Assembly (NCBI GenBank): GCA_963838985.1 | Contig: CAWITF010000004.1 | Span: 76,280-140,279 of the forward strand | Length of the DNA stretch: 64,000 nucleotides | Direction of reading: 5' to 3' | Source of the DNA: an uncultured Actinomycetes bacterium | GTDB lineage: Bacteria; Actinomycetota; Thermoleophilia; Gaiellales; Gaiellaceae | Shown here: positions 54,516-63,561 of the stretch, in pieces | How positions within the stretch are numbered: position 1 is the stretch's first letter | Layout of the letters: every line of letters starts with the position of its first letter | The notes under the pieces: model-generated | What the model was told of the DNA's origin: nothing | What the model saw: the letters and a program-made list of their open reading frames with translations, nothing else | Database searches by the model: none | Translations under genes and position numbers: made by a program

Positions 54516-55693
54516 TACTGCGTGTTCTCCCAGAGGATCGCGCAGCCCATGCCCATGCCGATGCAGAGCGCGGTCAGGCCGTAGCGGCCGCCACGCTCGC
54601 GCAAGCCGTACGCGAGCTGCGCGATCAGGCGCACGCCAGTGGCGGCGAGCGGGTGGCCGCAGGCGATCGCGCCGCCGTACGGGTTCAGTCGCGGATCGTC
54701 GGCACGAACCTCGAGCTCGTCGCACCAGGTGAGTACCTGCACCGCGAACGGCTCGTTCAGCTCGAACAGGTCGACGTCTTCGATCGAGATGCCGGCCTGC
54801 TCGAGCACGCGCCGCGTTGCCGGCACCGGGCCGTAGCCCATCAGGTGCGGCTCCACGCCTGCGTAGGCGTAGTTGACGAGGCGGAGCTTCGGCTGCAGCC
54901 CGAGCTCCGCGACGGTGTCCTCCGCGGCGAGGAACGACGCGGTCGCACCGTCGGTGAGCCCAGCGGAGTTGCCGGCGGTGACGCGGCCGCCCGCGCGGAA
55001 CGCCGCCTTCAACCCGGCGAGCGCTTCGAGCGACGTGTCGGGGCGGAGAAACTCGTCGCGCTCGGCGACCTTCCAGCCCTCATCGGTGAAGACCGCCATC
55101 GGCACGACGGTCTCGCGCATGACGCCGTTCTCCCACGCGGCTGCGGCGCGCTGCTGCGACTGCACCGCGAATGCGTCGGCGCGTTCCTTCGTGATCGCCG
55201 GAAAGAGGTCGTGCAGGTTCTCCGCCGTCTGGCCCATCGTCGCAGCCGACTCGTCGATCAATCGCTCGGAGACGAAGCGCGGATTGAAGTCGACGTCCGC
55301 GCCCATCGGGTGGTGGCCCATGTGCTCGATCCCGCCGGCGACCGCGACGTCGACGGCGCCGAGCGCGATCTCGCCCGCAGCTGCGGTCACCGCCGTGAGC
55401 GCGCCGGCGCACATGCGGTCGACCGCGAAGCCCGGCACCGAATCGGGGATCCCGGCGAGGAGCGAGACGTCGCGCCCGAGCGTCAGCCCCTGGTCGCCGA
55501 CCTGCGCGGTCGCGGCGAGCACGACGTCGCCGATCCGCTCCGGGGGGATCTCGGGGTTCCGGCGCAGCAGCTCGCGCACAGCCTTGACGCCCATGTCGTC
55601 CGCGCGCGTCCGCCAGAACTGCCCCTTCGGGCCGGCCTTGCCGAACGCCGTCCGCACGCCGTCGACGAAGTAGACCTCGCGTGCCTCGCGCAT
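54515..55693 (-). CDS. fadA: Acetyl-CoA C-acyltransferase (thiolase), FadA-like
   Basis: ORF 54515..55711. The start is taken at MREAREVYFVDGVRTAFGKAG (55693). Motifs VDRMCAGAL and NPYGGAIACGHPLAATG. TAATG overlap with the fadB-like gene. Confidence 0.9.
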   Translation of the reverse strand: MREAREVYFVDGVRTAFGKAGPKGQFWRTRADDMGVKAVRELLRRNPEIPPERIGDVVLAATAQVGDQGLTLGRDVSLLAGIPDSVPGFAVDRMCAGALTAVTAAAGEIALGAVDVAVAGGIEHMGHHPMGADVDFNPRFVSERLIDESAATMGQTAENLHDLFPAITKERADAFAVQSQQRAAAAWENGVMRETVVPMAVFTDEGWKVAERDEFLRPDTSLEALAGLKAAFRAGGRVTAGNSAGLTDGATASFLAAEDTVAELGLQPKLRLVNYAYAGVEPHLMGYGPVPATRRVLEQAGISIEDVDLFELNEPFAVQVLTWCDELEVRADDPRLNPYGGAIACGHPLAATGVRLIAQLAYGLRERGGRYGLTALCIGMGMGCAILWENTQ

Positions 55694-55714
55694 GCCGCGC
55701 ACGATAGCCACGCC

Positions 55715-55734
55715 TTGACTGACCGGTCAATCAA
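55715..55734. promoter_or_regulatory. 20-nt palindrome TTGACTGACCGGTCAATCAA (one mismatched pair) just upstream of the thiolase gene; operator candidate overlapping a -35-like TTGACC
   Basis: Read directly from the sequence. On the minus strand the order is TTGACC, 18 nt, TATCGT, 4 nt, then ATG 55693. Confidence 0.55.
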
Positions 55735-55748
55735 GCACTTCTAGACTC

Positions 55749-56387
55749 ATGCAGATGAACTGGGCGGAGCGAGCGGAGAACGCGATCGCGCGCTACCGCG
55801 GTGGCGAGACGCGCGGCGCCGACCAGCGGCAGCTGACCCAGCTCGCGAACGCCGCGTGGGCCGCGGGGCTCGCGCTGCTGATGGACGGCCGCCGCGACGA
55901 GGCCGCCGAGTGGCTCCGTCGAGCGGCGGCCCGCTACCGCGAGAGCTGGGACGCCGGCGCTCCCGCCGACTCGTGGGGACGGCCGATCGCGGCGATGAAG
56001 GCGCTCCTCCTCGCGGGCGACGACGCAACCGATGCAGCGCGCTGGGCGCTCGACGCAGGCGCCGACGCCGCCGAGTCGCCGATCGGCCGCTACGCCGCGG
56101 CGCTCGCGCACCTCGTCCTCGGCGAGGACGTCGAGGCTCGCACGCTCGGCTCGACGCTCCGCGGCCGCGACGACTTCCCGGAAGCCGTCGCCGACGCGGT
56201 CGTCACCGTCGCCGCTGCCGACCGCGCCGGCTATCTGCTCGCCGTCGAAGACGTGCTCGAGTCGTTCGAGCGGCGCACGGACTTCCTCGAGGATCTGCCG
56301 GTCGCCGACACGGTGCTCGTCTTCCAGCGCCTCGCAGCGGAGCGCGATGCGGCCGTCGACCTGCCGCCCTCGCCCGTCCTTCCCTAG
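55749..56387 (+). CDS. Hypothetical all-helical (TPR-like?) protein
   Basis: ORF 55749..56387. Protein-like composition. The second ATG, at 55755, sits 7 nt after a TAGACT hexamer and may be the real leaderless start. Confidence 0.55.
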   Translation: MQMNWAERAENAIARYRGGETRGADQRQLTQLANAAWAAGLALLMDGRRDEAAEWLRRAAARYRESWDAGAPADSWGRPIAAMKALLLAGDDATDAARWALDAGADAAESPIGRYAAALAHLVLGEDVEARTLGSTLRGRDDFPEAVADAVVTVAAADRAGYLLAVEDVLESFERRTDFLEDLPVADTVLVFQRLAAERDAAVDLPPSPVLP

Positions 56388-56420
56388 ACGTTCCCCGGAC
56401 ACCGGAGTAGCGTCGCGTCC

Positions 56421-56783
56421 ATGCACGGAGGCTCGCTTCGCATTCTCCACCAGGCGCTCCTCGGCGAGGCGTTGATGACAGGCGGGTCAGCGGTTTTCGT
56501 CAGTGACGACGAGGGCCGGTATCTCGCCGTGAACGACGCCGGGCTCGAGTTGCTCGGCTACACGCGCGAGGAGCTCGCCGGGCTGAACGCGCGCGACGTC
56601 ACCGTGCGCACCGAGGACGAGCTCGCCGAGGTCTACGCGATGTTGAAGCGCAACCGCTCGATCCAGAGCACTGCGCAGCTGCGGCGCAAGGACGGCTCGC
56701 TCGTCACGCTCACGTACGTCGGGCTCGAGGCGACCGTCGGCCGGCTGCCCGTGTACATCGGGATCAGCGAGCCGCTCACCTAG
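56421..56783 (+). CDS. Stand-alone PAS-domain protein
   Basis: ORF 56421..56783: VFVSDDEGRYLAVNDAGLELLGYTREELAGLNARDV...RRKDGSLVTLTY. Confidence 0.65.
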   Translation: MHGGSLRILHQALLGEALMTGGSAVFVSDDEGRYLAVNDAGLELLGYTREELAGLNARDVTVRTEDELAEVYAMLKRNRSIQSTAQLRRKDGSLVTLTYVGLEATVGRLPVYIGISEPLT

Positions 56784-57451
56784 AGCTTCGCGGCGGCTGC
56801 GGCATCGAGCACCGCAGTCGTCTGCCCATCGGTGGCGCGTACGAGGCTGCCCGGGATCGTGCGCGTCGGGTCGCCCGCGAATGCAGCGAGCGCCGCCTCC
56901 GCCTTGTTCGCGCCGGTGACGAGGAACAGCACCTCTCGGGCGCGTCGCAGCATCGGCAGCGTCAGCGTGATCCGGTCGACGTACGGCTCGAGGTGCGCCT
57001 CCGCGCCGACGACGCGCCGCTCGGTCTCGTCGAGCGTCGGCTGCTCCGGGTAGAGCGATGCGACGTGCCCGTCGGGCCCGAGCCCGAGCAGCACGAGGTC
57101 GAAGCGCTCGAGCGAGCCGAGCTCCTGGTCGTAGAGCGTCGCGCCTTCCTCGCGCCCGAGCTCGCCTCGCATCCGGTGCACCTTGCCCGCCTTGACGCGG
57201 TCGAGGAGCGCCGCCTTCGCCATGCCGTAGTTCGATCGCTCGTCGTCCTGCGGCACACAGCGCTCGTCCCCCCACCAGAGCTCGACGGCGGTCCAGTCGT
57301 TCTCGAGCGCCGCCGCTTGCTCGTACGCGATCCGCGGCGAGTCGCCGCCGGTGAGCACGACGTGACCGCCCGCGCGTGCGGCAGCGGCGAGCCGCTCCGC
57401 GACGTTCGCCGCGGGGTCGTCCACGACGACGATGTCGATGTCCCTAGCCAT
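56780..57451 (-). CDS. pgl: 6-phosphogluconolactonase
   Basis: ORF 56780..57451: VLTGGDSPRIAYE, WWGDERCVP, LLGLGPDGHVASL. Confidence 0.85.
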   Translation of the reverse strand: MARDIDIVVVDDPAANVAERLAAAARAGGHVVLTGGDSPRIAYEQAAALENDWTAVELWWGDERCVPQDDERSNYGMAKAALLDRVKAGKVHRMRGELGREEGATLYDQELGSLERFDLVLLGLGPDGHVASLYPEQPTLDETERRVVGAEAHLEPYVDRITLTLPMLRRAREVLFLVTGANKAEAALAAFAGDPTRTIPGSLVRATDGQTTAVLDAAAAAKL

Positions 57452-58245
57452 CTTCCGCGAGCTCTCGTGCCCGCGTCATCGCGGCCTGAATCGCGTTCAG
57501 GAACGCTGCTCGCACCCCGGCCTGCTCGAGCTCGCGAATTGCAGCGATCGTCGTGCCGCCCGGCGAGGTGACGGACTCGCGCAGCTCGACCGGATGCATC
57601 TTCTCGTCGCGCAGCAACGTCGCCGTGCCGAGCATCGTCTGAACGACGAGCGTCGTCGAGATCTCCCGCGAGAGACCGAGCAGGATCCCGGCCTCGATCA
57701 TCGCCTCGGCGAGGAGCGCGAAGTACGCCGGGCCCGGAGCCCGAGACCGCAGTGACCGCGTCCATCGCCGACTCCGGCACCCGCACGACGCGGCCGAGGT
57801 GCGAGAGCACCTCCTCGGCGAGCGCCAGCTGCTCGTCGTCCGCGTGCGAGCCGGCGGCGATGCCTGCCATCCCCTCGTGCACCGTCGACGGCGCGTTCGG
57901 CATCGCGCGCACGACCGGGACGCCCTTTGCGATCCGTTCCTCGATGCGAGCCGTCGTGATCGCCGCGGCGACCGAGAGCACGGTCTGACCGGTCGAGAGG
58001 ATCGAGCCGATCTCCGCGAGCAGCGCGTCGATGTCCTGCGGCTTCACGGCGATGACGACGACTGCGGCGCCCTCGATCGCGTCGGCGTTCACCGTCGTCG
58101 CCTCGACGCCGTACCGCTCGTGCAGCTCAGCCACACGGTCCTCGCTGCGCGCGGTGACGACGAGCTCGCTCCAGCCGGAGCTGAGGAGCCCCGAGAGGAG
58201 GGCTTCGCCGATGCGGCCCCCGCCGATGATCGCGATGCGCTGCAT
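57444..58245 (-). pseudogene. proC: Pyrroline-5-carboxylate reductase; frame break near 57729
   Basis: ORF 56962..58245 (MQRIAIIGGGRIGEAL...VVRAMPNAPSTVHEGMAG...AVSGSGP) continues in ORF 57444..57701 (MIEAGILLGLSREISTTLVVQTMLGTATLL...VTSPGGTTIAAI). Confidence 0.85.
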
Positions 58246-58254
58246 GCGCAGAGG

Positions 58255-59115
58255 TTACGCGGCGCGCGGCGTCGCGACCGGCAAAAGGCCGCGTGCGTAC
58301 CCCGCGAGCATGTACATGCTCGCGAGCCCTGCCCACTCGCCGTACGGCTCGAGCAGCTCTGCCGTCTCCCAGCCTTCGACGGGACGGCCGCGCATCGCGC
58401 GAAGCAGCTTGACGAGCCCGAGGTCGCCGACGAGCCCGAAGTCGTAGCGCCCGAGCCCTTCGAGGCACACGACGCCGACCGACCACGGCCCGAGCCCGCG
58501 CTCGCGATCGAGGCGCGCGACGACCGCGTCGGTCGGCACGTCGTGAAGCCGCTCGAGCTCGATCGTCCTGCACATGCGGACGAGCGACGCCGCACGCCGG
58601 GTGTGCAAGCCGAGCGCGCGAAGCTGCGACGGGGCGAGTGCGGCGAGGTCGCGCGTTGTCGGCGAGACGTGCAGGCGCTCGCCGCCCGGCGTGCAGGTCG
58701 TGCGGATGATCTTCTGCTCCAGGCGCCGCGCGCGCTTCGCCTCGATCAACTGGCCGCAGTACGCGCGGAGCAGCGCCTGCGCGACCGTCGGCAGCCGGAT
58801 CGGCCGCAGGCCGCGGAGCGCGCGCGACGCCGGGCCGAGCATCGGGTCTTTGCGCACCCGCCGCAGGAAGTCGGAGTGGTCGTCGTCGAGCGCGAGGATC
58901 CAGCGCAGCTTCGCCGCGCCGGCCTCCGACTCGGTGCGCAGCTCGACCGTGCCGTCCGGCGCTTGCCACGCCCGTGCGAGCTCGACCTCGTCGCCGATCG
59001 CGAGCACGCACGTGAAGAGCCCGTCGCGAAACGTCCGCGTCGCGTCGCTCGAGAGCCGGGCGGAGAAGGCGAGCGAGAAGGGACCGCGAGGCTTGACCGC
59101 GAGCGCGAAGCTCAA
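58255..59115 (-). CDS. HhH-GPD DNA glycosylase (AlkA-like 3-methyladenine glycosylase II)
   Basis: ORF 58255..59256 with TTG 59115 proposed as the start, overlapping the upstream stop as TTGA. Contains GLGPWSVGVVCLEGLGRYDFGLVGDLGL. Confidence 0.7.
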   Translation of the reverse strand: MSFALAVKPRGPFSLAFSARLSSDATRTFRDGLFTCVLAIGDEVELARAWQAPDGTVELRTESEAGAAKLRWILALDDDHSDFLRRVRKDPMLGPASRALRGLRPIRLPTVAQALLRAYCGQLIEAKRARRLEQKIIRTTCTPGGERLHVSPTTRDLAALAPSQLRALGLHTRRAASLVRMCRTIELERLHDVPTDAVVARLDRERGLGPWSVGVVCLEGLGRYDFGLVGDLGLVKLLRAMRGRPVEGWETAELLEPYGEWAGLASMYMLAGYARGLLPVATPRAA

Positions 59116-60431
59116 CGGTCGGCGCGCGCGGTCTCGGGGACTGCCCGCATCCCGAGATCGGCGGCGCGGTCGAGCACGTCGAGTGCCTCGGACTCGCGAC
59201 CCGCGTCGCGGAGGAGCTTCGCCCATGCGCGCGCGGCCGTCGTCGCCTGGCGCCACCGCGCCAGCTCTTCGAGAATGCCCACCGCCTCAGCGTAGGCGCC
59301 GAGGGCGACGTCGACGTCTCCCTTGAGCGCATTGCCTTCGGCGAGGGCCACGAGCGCGAGCCCGCGGTCGTACGGCGAGTCGTCGGTCAGCTCGAGCGCT
59401 GAGCGGGCGAGCTCGACGGCGCGATCACCCCGGCCGAGGAGCGCCGCGACGCGTGCACGCTGCATCGTGATGTCGAACCGCTCCTGTTTCGGCACGGCGG
59501 GACCGAGCAGCCGTTCCGCCTTCTGCAGGTGCGCCTCGGCTGCATCCGGCTCTTCGCGCGAGACAGTGATGTACGCGGCGAGGATGTGCGCGCGTGCGAG
59601 GTGGAAGGTGTCGTCGGTCGCCTGCAGCAGTGCGATCGCCTTGCGCACGTTCGTGAGCGCAACCGCTTCGCGTCCTTCTGTGTGGGCGAGTCGCGCCATC
59701 GACCAGTAGAGGCGGACGCGCATGTACGGGTCTGCGCTCTCCTCCATCCGGTCGAGCAGGCGCTGCACGACCTCTTCGGCTCGCGCGATCTCGCCCATGT
59801 CGCTGAGCGCGTAGCTCAACATCGTTCCGTAGCGCGCTTCGAGCGTCGCGTCGTCATCGAGCTCGTCCAGGCAGCGCTCGAGGAGCGCGACCGCTTCGTG
59901 CGTGCGACCCGCCGAGGAGTACGCGTGCGCGAGCTCGCCGTAGATGTCTGCGAGCGCGACCGGGTCGAATGTCTCACCGTCGAGCGCGCGCTCGAACTGC
60001 TTGACCGCCTCCGAGTAGGCGCCCCGCTCCTGCTCGATCGCCGCGAGCGCGACCCGTGCGCGCCGCGCCGAGACGCGGTCGCCGGCCGTGTCGGCATCGA
60101 CGACGAGCTCGCGCAACGCAGCTTCGGCATCGCCCGCGTCGCCGCCCAGGCGGATCGACAGCTCGAGGTCGGCGAGCCGGAGCTCCCGTGCCGAGTCTGG
60201 ATCGATCGAGGAGCCGGTCTCGAGGTAGTCGGTCGTGACGCCGAGCTTCGCCGCGAGGCGGCGCAGCGCTTTCACCGACGGCTGCCGCGTCCCTGCCTCG
60301 ATGCGGGAGATGTAGGCGTACGAGACTCCGGGAGCAGCAAGCTCACGCTGAGAGAACCCTCTCTCCAGCCGCAGGCGCTTGAGCCGCTCCCCGATCGTCT
60401 CGCCCGCGGCTGGCGATGCTTCGGGTTGCAC
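59112..60431 (-). CDS. XRE-family HTH plus TPR-repeat regulator; intact
   Basis: ORF 59112..60557 with GTG 60431 proposed as the start: IGERLKRLRLERGFSQRELAAPGVSYAYISRIEAGTRQPSVKALRRLAAKLGV (HTH_3-like), followed by about 370 aa of helical repeats rich in A/L/E/R, with TPR-like spacing. Confidence 0.75.
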   Translation of the reverse strand: MQPEASPAAGETIGERLKRLRLERGFSQRELAAPGVSYAYISRIEAGTRQPSVKALRRLAAKLGVTTDYLETGSSIDPDSARELRLADLELSIRLGGDAGDAEAALRELVVDADTAGDRVSARRARVALAAIEQERGAYSEAVKQFERALDGETFDPVALADIYGELAHAYSSAGRTHEAVALLERCLDELDDDATLEARYGTMLSYALSDMGEIARAEEVVQRLLDRMEESADPYMRVRLYWSMARLAHTEGREAVALTNVRKAIALLQATDDTFHLARAHILAAYITVSREEPDAAEAHLQKAERLLGPAVPKQERFDITMQRARVAALLGRGDRAVELARSALELTDDSPYDRGLALVALAEGNALKGDVDVALGAYAEAVGILEELARWRQATTAARAWAKLLRDAGRESEALDVLDRAADLGMRAVPETARADR

Positions 60432-60517
60432 GCCTCCTATTGTGATCGGTTGCCTCGGGGCCGTCAACCGCTTCCGCTTGACAACGGACAGCGCGCTTGT
60501 TCCATTGCGGAGTGCAC

Positions 60518-60539
60518 GAGTCCCTCGACCGAGGGACTC
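60518..60539 (+). promoter_or_regulatory. 9-bp perfect hairpin (GAGTCCCTC GACC GAGGGACTC) in the leader of the small peptide ORF
   Basis: Read directly from the sequence. It ends about 6 nt before the AAGGGAGGGG Shine-Dalgarno. Confidence 0.5.
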
Positions 60540-60556
60540 CCGACAAGGGAGGGGCA

Positions 60557-60652
60557 ATGCTCCGCACCACGTACGTCCGCGTCGTCCTGATCATCGCCGT
60601 CCTCGCAGCCCTCGGGCTCATGCTCGGCGGCGAGCCCTGGGGCCCGCGGTAG
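60557..60652 (+). CDS. 31-codon hydrophobic peptide ORF, divergent from the XRE-TPR regulator
   Basis: Own translation: MLRTTYVRVVLIIAVLAALGLMLGGEPWGPR. Strong SD (AAGGGAGGGG) 4 nt upstream, and its own terminator 13 nt downstream. Below the ORF-track cutoff. Confidence 0.55.
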   Translation: MLRTTYVRVVLIIAVLAALGLMLGGEPWGPR

Positions 60653-60664
60653 CGAAAAGGCTCG

Positions 60665-60692
60665 GCGGGCGGGGACGCACGTCCCCGCCCGC
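60665..60692 (+). terminator. 13-bp perfect GC hairpin (GCGGGCGGGGACG CA CGTCCCCGCCCGC) after the peptide ORF
   Basis: Read directly from the sequence. Confidence 0.7.
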
Positions 60693-60706
60693 TGTACCCT
60701 CGGCGC

Positions 60707-62183
60707 GTGCCGATCGTTGAGCTCGCTCTCTATGCGCTGCTCCTGGTCGCGGCCGGCACGCTGATCTGGCGCCGCCCGCTCGCCGCCCTCTACGTCTTCG
60801 TCTCCGGGCTCGCGGTGCACAACGCCGTGATGGCGGCGCTCTATGCGGCCGGGGTCCGGGGCTCGACGTTGACGGCGATCACTGCGTGGAAGGAGATCCT
60901 GCTCACCGTCGCGCTCGTCCGTGTCGGCACCGACGCCGCACGCGCGAGGCGGCTTCCGTTCGATCCCGGTGTCGCGGACGTCCTTGCGCTCGCCTTCGCC
61001 GCGCTGACAGTTCTGTACGCGCTGATTCCGCAGTCGGCGCTCGACGGCGCCGCCGGTCACAAGGCAGTCGCGCTCGCACTGCGCCACGACGTCGTGCCCG
61101 TCGGGGCGTACTTCCTCGGCCGTTCGCTCCTCGTCACGCGTGTAGACCTGCGCCGGCTGGCCGTGACGCTGCTCGGCGTCGCGGCGGTCGTCGCCGGAGT
61201 CGGCCTCGTCGACGTCTACGCCGTTTCGATCTCGTGGTGGCGGACGAACGGCGTCATCGACTACTTCCACCGCCACCTCGGCTACGACTACCACGGCACC
61301 GGCGTGCGCACCGAGGCGCACGGCGCGGTCTATGGGCTGCCGGAGAACTTCATCTACAACGTCGGCGGCAACAAGCCGTTCCTGCGCCGGCTCGTGTCGA
61401 CGTTCCTCAGCCCGCTTGCGAGCGGGTATCTCTTCGTCGTCGCGCTGCTCATCGCGACGACGACGCTGCGCCGCCGGCCGGTTGCTCGCCGCCGGCGCGG
61501 TCGCCAGCGCTGGTCTCCTCTGGACGTTCTCGCGGTCGTCGCTCGTCGCGCTTGCCGCCGGGCTCGTCGTGCTCGCGTTCACGCGCCGCGTGCCGAAGGC
61601 TCTTGCTGCCGCCGCGGCTGTGGTCGTGCTCGCGGTCGCCTGGGCGCATCTCTTCCCGAAGCTCGCGCCGACCGGGACCTTCACGAAGGTCGATGTCACG
61701 TACCAGCAGTCGCTCGCGAAGGGGCACAGCGGTGTGAGCTATTCGGCGGTGAACGCGAGCGAGCCGTCGCTGCACTCGCACTGGGCGAGCCTGAAGGACG
61801 GCGCGCGCACGATGGTCGATCATCCGCAGGGCTACGGCCTCGGCAATGTCGGGCAGACGGCGTCGCGCACCGGGACGCCGTTGAAGGCGGGCGAGTCGAA
61901 CTACACGGAGCTCGGCGTCGAGCTCGGCGTGCTCGGCGCGCTCCTCTGGATCGCATGGAACCTCGCGGTGCTCGTCGGCCTCGTGCGCGCTGGTCGCGCA
62001 GATGCGTGGGCGGCCAGCGTCGCGGCTGCGTTCGCCGCGGTGCTCGCGCTCGCGGTGCAGACGGACGTGATCGGCGACCCATGGGTCGCGTATTGCGTGT
62101 GGGGTCTCGGCGGGGCATTGCTCCTGCGCACGCGTCCGCAAGAGCGTCTTGCGCGCGCGGATTCGCCGGCCGTAGCCTCGTAA
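60707..62183 (+). pseudogene. O-antigen ligase/polymerase-like (Wzy_C) polytopic membrane protein; frame break near 61475
   Basis: ORF 60707..62191 is credible to ...YLFVVALLIATTTL. It then continues in ORF 61332..62183 (...LLWTFSRSSLVALAAGLVVLAF...HSHWASLKDGARTMVDHPQGYGLGN...ESNYTELGVELGVLG). Confidence 0.7.
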
Positions 62184-62187
62184 CACC

Positions 62188-62658
62188 GTGACGACATACC
62201 GCGTCCTGCTCACGGCGGCGTTCGCGCTCGCCGTCGTTGCGCTCGCCTTCCACGTCGAGCAGCGTGCAGCCAAGCCGGCCGTCGTCGCAGACCCGGTGCG
62301 TACTCCCGGCGTGCTCAACCCGAACGTCACGCAGTCGAACATCGGCTCGACGATCTGCGTGACGGGCTGGACGCGCACCGTGCGTCCACCCACCGACTAC
62401 ACGAACGCGCTGAAGGTGAAGCAGCTGCGTGCGTACGGGCTGCGCGGGCCGCCGTCCGCGTATCAGGAGGATCACCTGATCAGCCTCGAGCTCGGCGGCG
62501 ATCCCACCGACCCGCGCAACTTGTGGCCCGAGCCGTATCCGCGTGCGGCCCAGGTCGACGTGATCGAGAACGAGCTGAACGCACAGGTGTGCAGCGGCGC
62601 GCTGACGCTCGTGGAAGCGCAGGAGCGCGAGTCCGCGCTCAAGCACAGCCGGGGATGA
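62188..62658 (+). CDS. Small secreted or membrane-anchored HNH/His-Me-finger-like nuclease-family protein
   Basis: ORF 62188..62658. N-terminal TM/signal segment, then TICVTGWTRTVRPP...YQEDHLISLELGGDPTDPRNLWPEP. Confidence 0.55.
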   Translation: MTTYRVLLTAAFALAVVALAFHVEQRAAKPAVVADPVRTPGVLNPNVTQSNIGSTICVTGWTRTVRPPTDYTNALKVKQLRAYGLRGPPSAYQEDHLISLELGGDPTDPRNLWPEPYPRAAQVDVIENELNAQVCSGALTLVEAQERESALKHSRG

Positions 62659-62676
62659 CGGCGCTATCGTCGGTGC

Positions 62677-63534
62677 ATGGAGATTGCCCAGACGGAGATT
62701 GCACCGGCAACACGGATGGGCGCCGTCGAGCTGAGCGTCGCCGACCTGTCGCGCTCGCTCGACTACTGGCAGCGATCGATCGGGCTGCGACTGCTCGCGC
62801 GCGAGAACGGCACTGCGTCCCTCGGCACCGACACCGAGCTTCTGCGCCTCGTCGAGCAGCCGGGGGCGGAGCCCGATCATGGGCACACCGGCCTCTACCA
62901 CGTCGCGCTCCTCGTGCCGGACCGGCCGAGCCTTGCGCGCTGGCTCGCGCACGCGGCGCGCGAGCAGCTGCCGCTGCAGGGTCTCTCCGACCACTTCGTC
63001 AGCGAGGCGATCTATCTCCGCGACCCGGATCATCACGGGATCGAGATCTATGCCGACCGTCCGCGCGAGCTCTGGGAGGGGCAGGTCTTCCAGCGGATGA
63101 CGACGATGCCCCTCGACGTCGAGGATCTGCTGGGCCAGCTGGCCGACCCCGCGACCGAGGCGTTCGACGGGCTGCCCGACGGGACGGCGATGGGCCACGT
63201 GCACCTCCGCGTCGCCGACGTGCCGCAGACGGTCGAGTTCTACAACGGCGTGCTCGGCATGGGCGTGATGGCGCAGCTCGGCCCGGCAGCGGCGTTTCTC
63301 TCGGCCGGCGGCTACCACCATCACGTCGGCGCGAACACGTGGGAGAGCCGAGGAGCGGGCCCGGCCCCGGAGGGCGCGGCGACGCTCCGCTACGCGACGA
63401 TCGTGCTGCCCGACGAGGCCGAGCGCGAACGCGTCGCCGGGCTCGTCGCCGATTCGGGCCAGGAGCCGGAGCAGCACGGCGAGAGCGTGCTCGTCCGCGA
63501 TCCGTCGCAGAACGGCCTCCTGCTGACCGCCTGA
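62677..63534 (+). CDS. VOC-family (glyoxalase / extradiol dioxygenase-like) two-domain protein
   Basis: ORF 62677..63534: MGAVELSVADLSRSLDYW...GLYHVALLVP...SEAIYLRDPDHHGIEIY...MGHVHLRVADV...FY..VLGM. Confidence 0.75.
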   Translation: MEIAQTEIAPATRMGAVELSVADLSRSLDYWQRSIGLRLLARENGTASLGTDTELLRLVEQPGAEPDHGHTGLYHVALLVPDRPSLARWLAHAAREQLPLQGLSDHFVSEAIYLRDPDHHGIEIYADRPRELWEGQVFQRMTTMPLDVEDLLGQLADPATEAFDGLPDGTAMGHVHLRVADVPQTVEFYNGVLGMGVMAQLGPAAAFLSAGGYHHHVGANTWESRGAGPAPEGAATLRYATIVLPDEAERERVAGLVADSGQEPEQHGESVLVRDPSQNGLLLTA

Positions 63535-63561
63535 CGCATCCGCTATACCTGTGACGAGGCA

